Under the pieces are notes generated by a model, which saw only the letters and a list, made by a program, of their open reading frames with translations, was not told where the DNA came from and did no database searches. The position numbers and the translations under genes were made by a program. Shown here in pieces: positions 1 to 12,020 of a stretch of 64,000 nucleotides of DNA (positions within the stretch are counted from its first letter, which is position 1; each line of letters opens with the position of its first letter). The stretch comes from Lytechinus pictus. Lineage: Eukaryota. The stretch is from assembly GCF_037042905.1 (NCBI RefSeq), contig NC_087246.1:5520001-5584000 (forward strand). The letters run 5' to 3'.

Positions 1-195
1 ATGGCAACCCCAGTGCTATACTTTCAAAATTTCCTGCGGTACTTCTCATGCAGCCACCCCAGAAATATGACTGAAACTGTATCACAGACGCTACTGGTGT
101 ATTTTCTGTGGTACAGTACATGAAAAAATTAGTTTCCTTCAGTACTTGTATGGAAGCCCTGTTTGTACCACAGACTAATTTTTTTATTTCCAGTG
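1..195. mobile_element. Right end of a CMC/EnSpm-like non-autonomous element
   Basis: Ends ..tttttatttccagtg (CACTGG terminus on minus); short motifs (cctgcggtac, gtatcacag, gtaccacag) resemble the 10.5-11.5 kb subterminal repeats. Confidence 0.45.
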
Positions 196-877
196 AGGGA
201 TTTATCTTTTTTTTCAGTTTCGGGAGAGGTCAGTAGCGTATTGAGTCTTATATTTTTAGAAGGCCATATGGCTTAAAAGGGCACCATTCATTTTAAAAAG
301 TACAATTTTTTATATGAAAATTTAATTTTGTGATAGCTAGATTGTGACATATAGGCCCTATTTCAAAATTATATTTCACCCTGTCCCATTGTGTAGGTCT
401 ATATCAGCGAGGGGGGGGGGGGGGGTTATGCCTACTGAGACTCAGAGGTTTTAAGTTTGATAGCTTCTATTTCTACGAGAAAGGGTACTATACGTACTAG
501 ATCAAAACTAGGAGCAAAGCGCGAACTGAAAAATGCGAAAAATTATTGACCCCAAAATGGGCAACTTATATTTTGAGGACTATTGTTCGTTTTCAGGGTT
601 ATTTCTTTTTCATGCGCTCTTTTAAATTTCAATTATCATTTTTGTTTTGTTTGTTTGCCACTTATTTTTCATAAAAAACAGGATGAATAATAAAAAAATG
701 ACTATATTTAAAAGGGTACGTGTTGAAATATACAGGACACACCTAACACTCTTAGAGCTTAATGGTTGTGAGGAAGCCGGGTTGAATTTCAAAGAGATAT
801 TGTAATGAATAAAAATATAAGCATGAATGTATTATTCTACTTCATCCATCTCTTTCTAACAATACAAGAAAATAATT

Positions 878-1350
878 GAAGGGGAGGTCAACGCTAGAGA
901 TAATCAATAAATAGAGTAAAATTCACAAAACAAAATGCTTAAAATTTATTCAAAATCGGATGACAAATAACGAAGTTAAGTTGAATTTTAAGGATTTGCA
1001 ATATTCCCATGAAACAGTTTTATTTAGGCATGTCTCATGAATATTCATTAGGTGGGCTGATGATGTCATATCCCATGTTCTTTTGTACAATATATGAAAT
1101 TAGATTTATTCAACATATTTCTACCAAGAACTTAAACAATTGGAATGACGACTAATTAACCGCATTAGTTATTTAATGCAGCAACTTTACAATGGGGACA
1201 CATTATTTACACATGTATTGAAAAATTAGATAATCATAATTTCATATCTAACATTAAAAAAGAAAAATGGGAATGTCACATCATCAGCCCACCAAATGAA
1301 TATTCATGAAGATGTGCACACTATCTGTTTTCACAAAATATTGATAAACA
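878..1350. mobile_element. Degenerate Kolobok-like MITE
   Basis: tgaagggg start; internal inverted atgaatattcat..gtgggctgatgatgtca / catcatcagcccac..atgaatattcat; similar to 26783-27340 and 59797-60336. Confidence 0.5.
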
Positions 1351-3259
1351 ATTAACATAAGAAAGTTCAGCGTTGAATGTTGATTAAAAAATAAATCTCA
1401 GTTAAAATGATATCTAAGATTTTGTTTTACACGTTTCATAACCAAGTTTTAATGCGATTCTGGCCCCTTAAAGTTTTTATTGCGAGAAAATACATTTTTC
1501 CAAGTTTCCCATCTATTTTTTTATTTATTTTTTTTAGTAAAAAGGACCTATTTTCTTACAAATATATTATTATAAATAAAATTACTTCAATATTTGTTCT
1601 CCTATTCACAATATTTTTTACAGGTGGAATAGGATAAACTAAAAATAGGATATTTAATTTCCATTTTAAGGCCTATTTTTTGCTTTATATCCCCGGTTTA
1701 TATCTTTGCCACCTTGCAATATGTTAGCCAGGCTGGTTTATATCTATTTCTTTTTAAATCAAATAAATTTGGATATTTTCAATCTATTTTTATGATGCGA
1801 AGCTATATATAGTTTGTAAATATGTTTTTTAATTGCAAGAACAATCTTGTATCTCTGTTCACATATGATGGCAGTTTATTTTGCTTCTTTTTTTCTAATT
1901 TGTATGAAGTTTGTATCTATATATTTTCAAACTATTTTCCATCCTTAAAGTGTCACAACCGATATCATATTATTTTTTACCTCGTTGGCAAAGTTATTAT
2001 CTTTTCTTATGTTTCGCTTCAAAATGGTATCTTTATATTTGCTTGTCTTGCTCCTCCACCCCTTATCAAAATACCCTGCCGGCACTTGATCTAAGATTAT
2101 TTTCTTTTACTACTTGAACCTTATAAAGGGATCTTTCCTTCGATCGCAAGAAAGGATAAAATGTGTGTTTTTGAAAAGAAATAAAATTAAAAATACATAG
2201 GATTGGAGCTGTGATTTTCCCCATTGCTTTCTTTGTCATCCTACTTGCATACTAGTAGGCCTATATAACATATTTTCAGTAAAATTGTGAGACATGTTTT
2301 TAAATCCTATCCTTATATTAAAAAAAAGAATAAAGAGAAAGAAAAAAATTAAAAGACATAGAAAAGAAAAAGAAAGGAAGAAGAAATAAATATTTGAATT
2401 TTACTTTATTCAATTCCTTTACGTTAATAATATGATATATAAATGATGGCGAAAATAGTCAAATTGTCTGGTTGCCAAGTAAAAAGTAAGACCCCCCCCC
2501 CCCCCTCCGAGCTCCCCGTACAAACGCACGGACTGTACCGTATACGTGTTTCCGGTTCCGCCATTTGAAAAAAAACGTTCGTAACTGCTCAGCTGAACCC
2601 GAAGCTTGATGAAGAAGGCCGTCAGTATTTCAACAAAAACTAACAGAATATGGATCAGATTCGGACAACGACTTCTTAAGACATTCACACAACAGGCTAA
2701 ACAGTAAGTTAGATCCATTTTTCGTAGTTTGGCGCGGCATGCACTTAAATTTCTTCGACTTTTTAATCATTACCGTACGGCCACTGCACTGCCGTTGTTC
2801 CCGATCGCTTATCGGGTGGGGGCTGATCTGCGGTGTGCGCGGCCGGGGACGGCCAACGGCTGGCTAAGTTAGTAGTACGGTATATTGATGGCGGCGGTGA
2901 GGATGTTTGTATTGTCATGATTGTAGCCAGGTCAGGGGTGGGCGCTAATGCAGTTTCGCACCGGCCGATTAATACCAGCATACCTCATCACCAATATTTG
3001 TTCCCAAATGTCATGACAAGTCTCTCAGTCACATTTGAAGTCAATATATCCACCACTTTTCAAAATATCGTGATCGGGAATGGCTGTACTTGTAGGCCTA
3101 GCCAGGCGGCTTCTAGAGAGTGAAAATCATTTACTAACGTAACTTCGTAAGGTCACTCTCATATGAAGCCAGGGATCCTTTCTCATATACCCACACAGAG
3201 GAAGCCAAAACTTGAAACTTTCACCCCCGGCCCCGAGATTTCTACTTTCCTTCTAAAAG

Positions 3260-3941
3260 TAGGGTGTCTGAAGCCACACTGAAAAGTTTCAGCATAAAAC
3301 AGGCTAATTTAGGGGAAAATATGGCACATTTTTTCGGTGAAGTTCAGGCTACTAGAAAAATGTGATCTGTATTGATTATTAACTTGTGTTTGGCATGTAT
3401 GGAAATAGAAAATTCAGGGGCTTCTTTTGACAGTAAGGACAAGTTTATATGATCATTTTAAATAAGGATTTAGAGATAAATTGCAAACCCTTATTTTTGT
3501 GTGTGTTGCGATTGCCATTTCTCCATGCGTTTTCTATGGGAAAATGAAATTTCTGTTTTGCACAATTTTTTTCACTTTTTCACAATTTTTCATTGTGATC
3601 TGGTTTCCAAATCTTTATAAAAATCATACCATCAGATAGAGCATAAAAAATCCTATTGGACTCTTTATGGACAAGTTTTTGGCATTAATAATAAATTTAT
3701 AACAGCTCTCGGAAGCTAAAAATTTGGATTTGTGTGTGTCCATTTCTTAACTACACAGTCTATGGCAGAGAAATGCTGAAAATTTACCTAATTTCATTGT
3801 TCTTTTTTGCAGCCAATAATTGGATTTTTTTTTAAAATGTTACATTTCTGTCAGTCTGAAGGTCATTTCTCTTCAAATTCACAAAGAAAATGTGATATTT
3901 TCTTGAAATAAGAAAAATAATTTTTTTCTCCAGACACCCTA
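3260..3941. mobile_element. Non-autonomous DNA transposon with 7-bp TSD
   Basis: TIR tagggtgtctg / cagacacccta; direct repeat ctaaaag at 3253-3259 and 3942-3948. Confidence 0.8.
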
Positions 3942-4145
3942 CTAAAAGATCTAGCCTAACGTTAGACCTAAATCATGTACATGGGATAAAACTTAATTTC
4001 CAACATTTCTACGCTCTCGTCGTTATTTTTGAAGAAGAAATTCATTCCAAAAAATGCGAAAAATATCATGATTAGACGGAAGAGACTTGCCCGATGTTTA
4101 CGCCGCCATCTTGTTTTCTATTGTTCTTCGCCAACGTTACAGACG

Positions 4146-4691
4146 CGAACTTCGAGACCATGAACTCGATCTGATATTCTGAGTGACAGAGGTGGGATTT
4201 TATGGGGGTGGGGAATATAAAATTCATGCAACATCTTGATTTTTAAAAAGAATTAAAACTAATATTCTTACTTTACACAAAGTTTCATTTAGTTCCATGC
4301 TTTTATCAGTCTCAAAATTGGTGATTTAGAGCCAACATGAAGTTCCTCACACATATTTATAATTCGCTGCCGATTTCAAAACATTGCATGCGGATGCAAT
4401 ATTCGCGAGATACCGGGCCGGGCCTGGTCTGACCCGACCGACCTCACACGCATGCGATGTATTGAATATTGATACGTGTGAGAAACTTCATGTTGGCTCT
4501 AAATCATCAATTTTGAGACGGATAGAGGCATGGAGAAGAACTGAAACTTTGTGTGCAGGAAGAATATTAGTTTTAATTTTTTTAAAGAGCGTGATGTTGC
4601 ATGAATTTGATATCCCCCCCCCCATAAGATCCCACTTTTTGTCACTCGGAATATCAGATCGGACAGATCCAGTTCACGGTCTCAAAGTTTG
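4146..4691. mobile_element. Foldback element with ~210-bp inverted arms
   Basis: 4146-~4355 is an imperfect reverse complement of ~4475-4691 (e.g. gatttagagccaacatgaagtt / aacttcatgttggctctaaatc); GC-rich spacer. Confidence 0.8.
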
Positions 4692-5158
4692 GGTAGGTGG
4701 AGCGTAGTGTAGCAATAGTGAAGTGGAGTGGAGCCTGCACAAACTTCACTCGAGGTAGGCAATCCCACAAATTTAAAAGAGGTTTCTATAAAATCAAGTC
4801 CGGCCTTCTATGAACATGACAAACTTACGAAAAGATGTGAAGTCAATTCACCCTAAATATCATCAATATCCCTCAAATAGCTTCATTTAAGCACTAATTT
4901 CTCTTCCGGTTGATAAAATATGGATCCGTCTTTAATTTCCAAAATTGTTCGTCTAACTAGCTAAAGGACGCATGTTTTATCTACATATCAAAGACACTAC
5001 ATAGAAAAGACTAGGCACAAAGACTATTATACATGTAAATCGATGCAAAGCATTACGCGATGTCGGCAAAGTGCCCAATCTTCTTATTGTAAAGACTTTA
5101 GCGACAATAACAGACTGTGAGTAAGGTTAAAATGCTCCTCTACTTTTAATGTTTTCAT

Positions 5159-6145
5159 TAGTGCTGTTGTCGGGAACAAAAATCCATGTCGACATGTCGC
5201 TTAAAAATTAATCCCGACATCGACAATGTCGACATGAAAAAGGGACCGTAATTTAGCCTGGGCTCCCTAACATAAAAAAAAAGCATTCGATCGTGGAACA
5301 ACACTCTCAATCAAATATATTCACCTTGACACGAGTGATATCCCCACACTAGATCTATATAATACAGGCTCAGTTCGGGAATTGAGCTTCCAAAATCACC
5401 GATTTAATCCACATTTTTTTTCTGTAGAATCAAGTTTTTGTACCAGGATCCGGTTTCGAAAGCATTGCTCAATAACACTCGTAGCCAATTTGAGAATCAC
5501 CAATTACAACAGTGATCATTGCTGCAAACGCAAGCTCCTCAATTTGACAATGAAAAGTAATGAAAATCGACCGATAATTTCAGTATCACTTCCGCGGCGA
5601 TCCGTGCAACGATCTCCAAACGAATGAAGGGAAGTTTTCTGTGACTTTGTGATATGAAGTAAGCGCTCAATTGCGGCAGTCACAACTTTGACAAAAACAC
5701 GTGTTCGCTGCTGCTCACGTTTATGTGAAAAGTAATGCATTGAGGAGCAACGTATTATCAAGCACGGTAAATAGCGCGCGATGGGTACATATTTCCGTGG
5801 ATGGGTACGGTGAATGCTACTCTCGCTATAACGGGATATCGAGGGCGGCTCGATCGGGCAGGCCGGCCCTGCACTGACGTATTTCTACTGCCGCACAGCT
5901 CGCAGATATTCTTTTTTCATTTAATGCGCTGCTAAGCTGAATAAACCTTTTAATCGCGCCAATTACTGTGGATAAATGCTTCTAACTTTTCAGCTAATCT
6001 TTACACTCGTGATTGTAGGCTAGACCCCTTTTTATTTTATGTTTACATGTCGATGTGGGTGCGTGCATGTCGACATGTCGGAATTTTGAAAATCCTTCGT
6101 ATGTCGACATCAATGTCGATATGAGGCCTATCGACAACAGCACTA
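5159..6145. mobile_element. Non-autonomous hAT element (987 bp)
   Basis: 14-bp TIR tagtgctgttgtcg / cgacaacagcacta; perfect 8-bp TSD gttttcat (5151-5158, 6146-6153); subterminal atgtcgacat repeats. Confidence 0.9.
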
Positions 6146-6885
6146 GTTTTCATTGATTTTATGTTGAATATTATTAAAGAATATGACTCTTTGCACCTGA
6201 ATTGTAACACTGAAATATGGAAATGAAGAAGTTTTATCATGTATTTTTATTACATCATGTATTTGTATTAACCTGCAAATAAAATTTTACTATGTCACTC
6301 AAATTCATTTCATTTCATTAAAGATTCAAAGAGGGATCTCTGGATAATCGAGCAGCAAGTCCAGCATTATGTGGGAAAGATACTACAGGTGTACACAGAA
6401 AAGGCCATGTTCTTGTACAAGACACGGTTGGAGTTCATAAAAGGTGATTATATAGGCATTCACTTCAGTAGATATTATAATTACAAAATTAAGCAGATTG
6501 TATTCATGCAGTGGCATACAGTGTAATCCTTGTTAGAAGATGTAGATTTATTCTTCATTGTTTTATTAAAGAGTTTCAATATGTGCTTATGACAATTTGT
6601 TTGCATTATAAATTGTTTGTCACTCTTCGGCTTAGTTTGCTTTTATAAGCAAGAATATGCTAAGAGAGATAGCCGCAAGGACCTCATTATCCGATAGATA
6701 TGTACTTGTGAAAAGAGATCTAGATGGGGGCAAAACACCTTATTTCTTGTATTTTTATGTTGTTCATGTTATCGTAATGGTATGTGTTTTTTTTTCTACA
6801 GATTAAGCTGCCTCGTGCTATACAGACTTGGATAAAAACAAGCTGTCCAATGAATGGTGACTACTCAAGAGGAGCCAGAAAGTCA

Positions 6886-7341
6886 ACTAAAGCCAGGGTA
6901 TTTTGGGAGTTGATATGGCCGGGGAAGGGGGGGTTTCCAGGGCCCCCCCCCCTTCCTTGAGATCTTGACCGCACAATCGCATCTAACATTGGCACATGGG
7001 TTGTCTAGGGCATAATTTACAAAATTAAATTGTAAATTATTTCACGCAAATTGTTAGTAAGTGATAATACTAATTTATGCGTAATTAGAATACAAAATCA
7101 TACTTTTTCCTCTATTGCATTGACTTTGTACACAAAATCACGTTTTTGAGCAATTTTTGGTATGACATGTACTTACATAATGTCACGTTATTACAGAACC
7201 ACGTACCGGGTGACACAAGATTGGTCTCAAAAGATGCACAAGACTAGAAAGAGGCATGTTTTAAAAAAATTGTGCGACAGCATGGTCGCAAAATTTTTGG
7301 AAGGGGGGGGGTCAAATTGGTCCAATTTAACTAAGGGTTAA
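6886..7341. mobile_element. piggyBac-like MITE, followed by an inverted partial copy (~7343-7594)
   Basis: Ends ..agggttaa; G/C tracts near ends; ttggtctcaaaagatgcacaagact (~7221) is inverted at ~7376-7401. Confidence 0.5.
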
Positions 7342-7594
7342 TAACTGGGAGGCTGTTAGCTGCCTTTTTACTTTCAAGTCTTGCACATCTTTTGAGACCA
7401 AATTTGTGATGCCTGGGTACGCTGTTCCGAAATTTCGCAACATTTTTATGTATTAATCCAACACAAATACTGTTTCTTGCTAAACATTCACAATTAGTAT
7501 ACCAGTAATATACATTTATCAAGTCAAATTATTTAATTACATTTATAATCATAAAAGCTTTGATAAAGTATAAAAAAAAACAAAGAGTTGTATG

Positions 7595-8521
7595 TAGGCC
7601 TGGGACTTTCGGGTTTTTTCTCTTCGGGTACCCGTGGTAATTTTCGGGTGGGTACCTGAAAATCATGTCACTTGAAATATGACTAGTGGAAAAACCCCAT
7701 AGGTGACGTCATCAAGCCAATGCGATGCAAGCCAATTTATGAATGAAAATATAGTAAGCATGCGCATTGCAAGCCTCCCGTGCCCCACGCAGTATTCCAT
7801 CGAAACAAGTTTCAATACTCTGTCACCTCGTACCAAAATCGACCTAGAATTCCACTTTCCTGCATATCATATGAATTATAAAAGGTTTTCTCACCGATAC
7901 TGCACAGGTAAGCAAATTTTTATTCTTGCTTTTCCGTCAAAATCTTACGAAGTAGCATCGATATTACATCGTGTTCGTGAGTTTGTATCGCTACGTGAAC
8001 AAAGTCAATTGATTTCCGGGTTTCGGAGCGTCAAATGCGCCAGCCAATCACGATCGTGTTCCCATTTTCGGTTTATGATGAACTAAAAATGGTAACAAGA
8101 ACGTGATTGGCTGGTGCTTCGTAGGTCGATTTTGGTATGAGGTGACAGAGTATTGCAGACTTGTTTTGACGTAATACTGCGTGGGGCTGAGGCTTGCAAT
8201 GCGCATGCTTACTATATTTTCATTCATAAATTGGTTTGCGTCGCAGTGGCTGGATGACGTCACTGCGCTGCAAAAGAAACATGGCGATGATTGAACGATC
8301 TTGGTCACATCATCATCACTTGAAAACTTGTATATTTATGGATATTTAGAGGGTAATTGGTGAAATTCAAAATGAGGCTTGTGTACTTTTGTAATGAGTT
8401 ACAATCATGTCTTACACTACGCAATACAAATCAAATACATGTACATTATACTGGTGAGCAATTTTCGGGTATCGGGTATTGATTTTTCTACTCGGGTACC
8501 CGGGTTTTAGTCCCAGCCCTA
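7595..8521. mobile_element. Non-autonomous hAT element (927 bp)
   Basis: TIR taggcctgggact / agtcccagcccta; perfect 8-bp TSD gttgtatg (7587-7594, 8522-8529); subterminal cgggta(cc) repeats. Confidence 0.9.
7703..8263. repeat. ~140-bp inverted repeat pair inside the hAT element
   Basis: gtgacgtcatc..aaaatcgaccta (7703-7846) mirrored at 8122-8263; explains the paired ORFs 7703+ and 8308-. Confidence 0.85.
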
Positions 8522-9921
8522 GTTGTATGAAAATTTTCAAAAATAATGAAAGGTAAAAGAAAACAAGATTACAATGTCCATTGCAAGGGGGCTAGTCTAG
8601 CTATTCAGGATAATTGGGATTTTATTCAGTTTTTAATTGACATAACATTATGACAAGATCCCTCCATTTAGTGTATAAACAGCACATGGCCATGATTGAA
8701 ATTCATATAACATTAAAGTATGCAAACCAGGCAGCTACATGTACATGTATGACTCACTGCTTGTCAATTCTATTGTCTGCCAGGGTCAAGTGACATACAG
8801 TGCACATGTATAACATGTGTGAAAGTACATAAGAAAATCAGCTTTTTATTTTTGTACTGTAACATTGGGTGAACTGGTGATCACTTTGGATATGATGCTC
8901 TTCATATTGGTTTATTTTATGTATATGAATTTTTGGATAATCATTAAGAATTAAAGCCATTTACCTAATATATGGAAGCATAAGCCCATCAAAGAACAGA
9001 ATTATGTCATGTACAGCTAATTCATTTTGCGTGATATTACAATTGTAATTGTTTACTTGAGCAAGTAATTTGAATTGCTGCATGACCTAAACAATGACAT
9101 GTTCCAATTCGAATAGTAACATGACCTTAAGAAGAGTTACTCCACCTCGATTGAGAGTGCTTATGTTAAATAATTGATGTTGCTACTTCAAATAATTGAG
9201 GTCAATCAAATTGGTCATAATTATTCAAGTCAATTTTGAGCTATATGTCATAATTAATTAGGTCATATACTAATTGAAATTACTAAATGACTCGAGTAGG
9301 TATGAATTCACATTGCCACATGACCTTAATTATTTTATGTAGCAACATCAAGTATTGAACGTCATTTAGTTATCAATTATGACATGTAGCAAATCAAATT
9401 ACATGCCGCAATTTCGTGTTTATGATGGGCTCATGCTTACATTCATATATAACCCTTCAATACGTAGTTGGAGCAATTCTTAGACAAGAAGACTGTGTAA
9501 AATGATATGCCTATTCAATGTCAAAAAGGTTAATGTCTCAATAGATTTGATCTACGTTTTGGCAAAGTAATCTTATGTTCATATTTTTTCTAACCTATGG
9601 TGAACGTTCTAAATCATGTGAAATTCATTCAAAAATATCTTTCAGTATTTATGGACTTAAGTGAATTCTGAGCAAAATGAAGTGATTATGATTACGTTCA
9701 TGTACTTTAAGTTTATACTGGTGATCAACACATCATAATTTCATCCCTTACTGTATGTGCACCATGCATTATCTGTACATGCAGAAGTGGTTATCCATTG
9801 TTTCATAACATGGTTGAGTAAAGGATGTTCTGCTTTTAGTATTAAGCCAATCGGGTGTTGACAAGAAGGGGAAAATGCAATTGCTCAGCTATTACAGTTT
9901 TTTTTGCAACCATAATACTGG

Positions 9922-10100
9922 TTAAGCCTTGGTTACATTCGCCGGCTCGTGGCCTTACGTCGAGTCAAAATTAACAGTCTTAATCATCCTTGTACCAGCT
10001 ACTACCAGCTACACGTGGGTGGTTTGTACAGGAATACCTAAAACTGCTGATTTTGTCTCGCCGTAAGGCAACCGGTCAAGGAATGTGACCAAGGTATTAA
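9922..10100. mobile_element. Short MITE (PIF/Harbinger-like)
   Basis: ttaagccttggttacattc / gaatgtgaccaaggtattaa ends; inner inverted ccttacg..gagtcaaaa / ttttgtctc..cgtaagg. Confidence 0.6.
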
Positions 10101-10439
10101 TAATAATCGCTTATTGTTGTGTTAGAGGGAAGGATTCTGGGTCGAATCTAGCTTTCTTTATGTGATCTCAAAATGGCAGCAATGTATGAATAGTGAAAGT
10201 AGTTCATGTGGCATCTCAATGTTCATGGATATAAATCTTTGTACATGTCTTATCCTAAAGATGAAATGTTACTGCATTATTCTAGCAGTCATTTATGATA
10301 TCAAAGATGTTCTATACTGTGCATAGTACAGCTCATACATAATAAAGGTATGTGAATATGCTTTTAACGTCTTTGCAAATTTGTGGGTTTTTTCACGCCT
10401 CTTTTCATTAGTCAAGATGTCAAAGTTGTTGTGCTGGAT

Positions 10440-11469
10440 CACAGGAAATTCTTACAAACTACTACGCCTAACAAACCAGTGCAGGACGGTGTCGTGAGAA
10501 AATCGCACAGACTACTACAGGACAATACCATAGGATTGTCACAGGAAATCAACAAGAATACCCCTGCAGGATTACCACAGTAAAGTATCACAAGAAGGCT
10601 GCAGGATGAGACCAATAATGCCACAGAAGATATCAAAGATCAGTATCACAGGAATACCACAGGACAGTACTGCAGGAATTGTCCTGCGGTAAGGTCTCTT
10701 GGTATTCCTGCAGTACTGTCCTGTAGTACTGTTCTGTAGTACTTTCCTGTGATACTGGTCTGCGGAATTCCTAAAGTACTGTCCTGTCATACTGTCCTGT
10801 GATACTATTTATCACCACAGGATAGTATCACAGGACAGTACTACAGGAATACCAGACCAGTATCACAGGACAGTACTACAGGAATACCAGACCAGTATCA
10901 CAGGACAGTACTACAGGAATACCAGACCAGTATCACAGGACAGTACTACAGGAATACCAGACCAGTATCACAGGACAGTACTACAGGAATACCAGACCAG
11001 TATCACAGGACAGTACTACAGGACACAGTACCAGAAGCCTGCGGTACTCCTGTAGTACTGTCCTGCGATACTGTTCTGTAGTACTTCCCTGTGATACTGG
11101 TCTGCGGTATTCCTGTAGTACTGTCCTGTCATACTGTCCTGTCATACTATCCTGTCATACTGTCCTGTCATACTATCATGTGATACTATCCTGTGATACT
11201 ATCCTGTGATACTGTCCTGTAGTACTAATAGTAGTGTGGTAGTGGTTGTAGCGGTTGTAGCGGTTGTGGTGATCGTGTCCTGTCATACTTCCTGCCATAC
11301 TTATGCGGTTATTACCACAGGAAGTATCACAGGACACGGACCTGTTGTACTCCTGTTGTACATTTCTGTAGTACCGTCCCAAATTACGTGCACGTAATTC
11401 CTGCAGTACTTTCCTGCGATACTTCCTGCAGTACATATCACAGAGTACTACAGGAATTTTTTGTAAGGG
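10440..11469. mobile_element. Right end of a CMC/EnSpm-like transposon with ~1 kb subterminal repeat array
   Basis: Terminus ..ggaatttttttgtaaggg (CCCTTAC on minus); dense cagtac/cacagga/cctgtag motifs in both orientations. Confidence 0.6.
10826..11022 (+). repeat. 35-bp minisatellite, 5 perfect copies + partial
   Basis: tatcacaggacagtactacaggaataccagaccag at 10826, 10861, 10896, 10931, 10966; partial at 11001. Confidence 0.95.
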
Positions 11470-11812
11470 AAGGTCGTGGGTTCGAGCCTACACCCCGGGA
11501 AGATAACTGAAGCCTGCGTTGTGTGTAAACATGCCCCTACCCTGTTCCATAGATGCAGACTATGTTACAGTGAAAAACACTCCGTCCCTAAGATGGGATG
11601 TTAAATGAAGGCCCCGTGTAGATAGGAGAGTCACTATCACCTTTACCCACTATACCCCAGTTGTTTTTTAAGGTCCACCTGCACTCGCCCAGTCAATTTA
11701 TCTCGGGAGGAGAGACCTGCGGGTTATAGTGATTCAGTTTGCTTTAATTTCGCCCGTCTCCAAGGCCAAGCTATAGGTGACGCAAAACAAATAATAATAA
11801 CAAAAATAATAA
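11470..11812 (+). mobile_element. tRNA-derived SINE with Deu/Nin-like core, A-box head missing
   Basis: B box ggttcgagcc; core gatgttaaatgaaggccccgtgt; related to the minus-strand copy at 38440-38790. Confidence 0.7.
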
Positions 11813-11850
11813 TCTAATGTGTTATCCTCCTTGGATTGATTCTCGTTATG

Positions 11851-12020
11851 AGGCGCGTACGCAGGGGTGGGGGGGGGGGGGGTTACAGGGGTTAACACCC
11901 CCTTTTTTTGCTTGTAAAATTTTAATCGGGTGAAAACCCCTTTTTTTCTATTTCGCTTCAGTGTCAAATTTTCATCAACTCGAACCCCCCGCCCTTTAAA
12001 AAATCCTGCGTACGCTACTG
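11851..12020. mobile_element. Short MITE with poly-G/C subtermini
   Basis: gcgtacgcagg / cctgcgtacgc inverted ends. Confidence 0.6.

Noticed and set aside
7703..8308. Paired ORFs sharing SQFMNENIVSMRIASL as duplicated genes
   Set aside because: Artefact of the 140-bp inverted repeat
10826..11022. 35-bp direct repeats as a CRISPR array
   Set aside because: Units are head-to-tail with no unique spacers, there are no cas genes, and the context is eukaryotic
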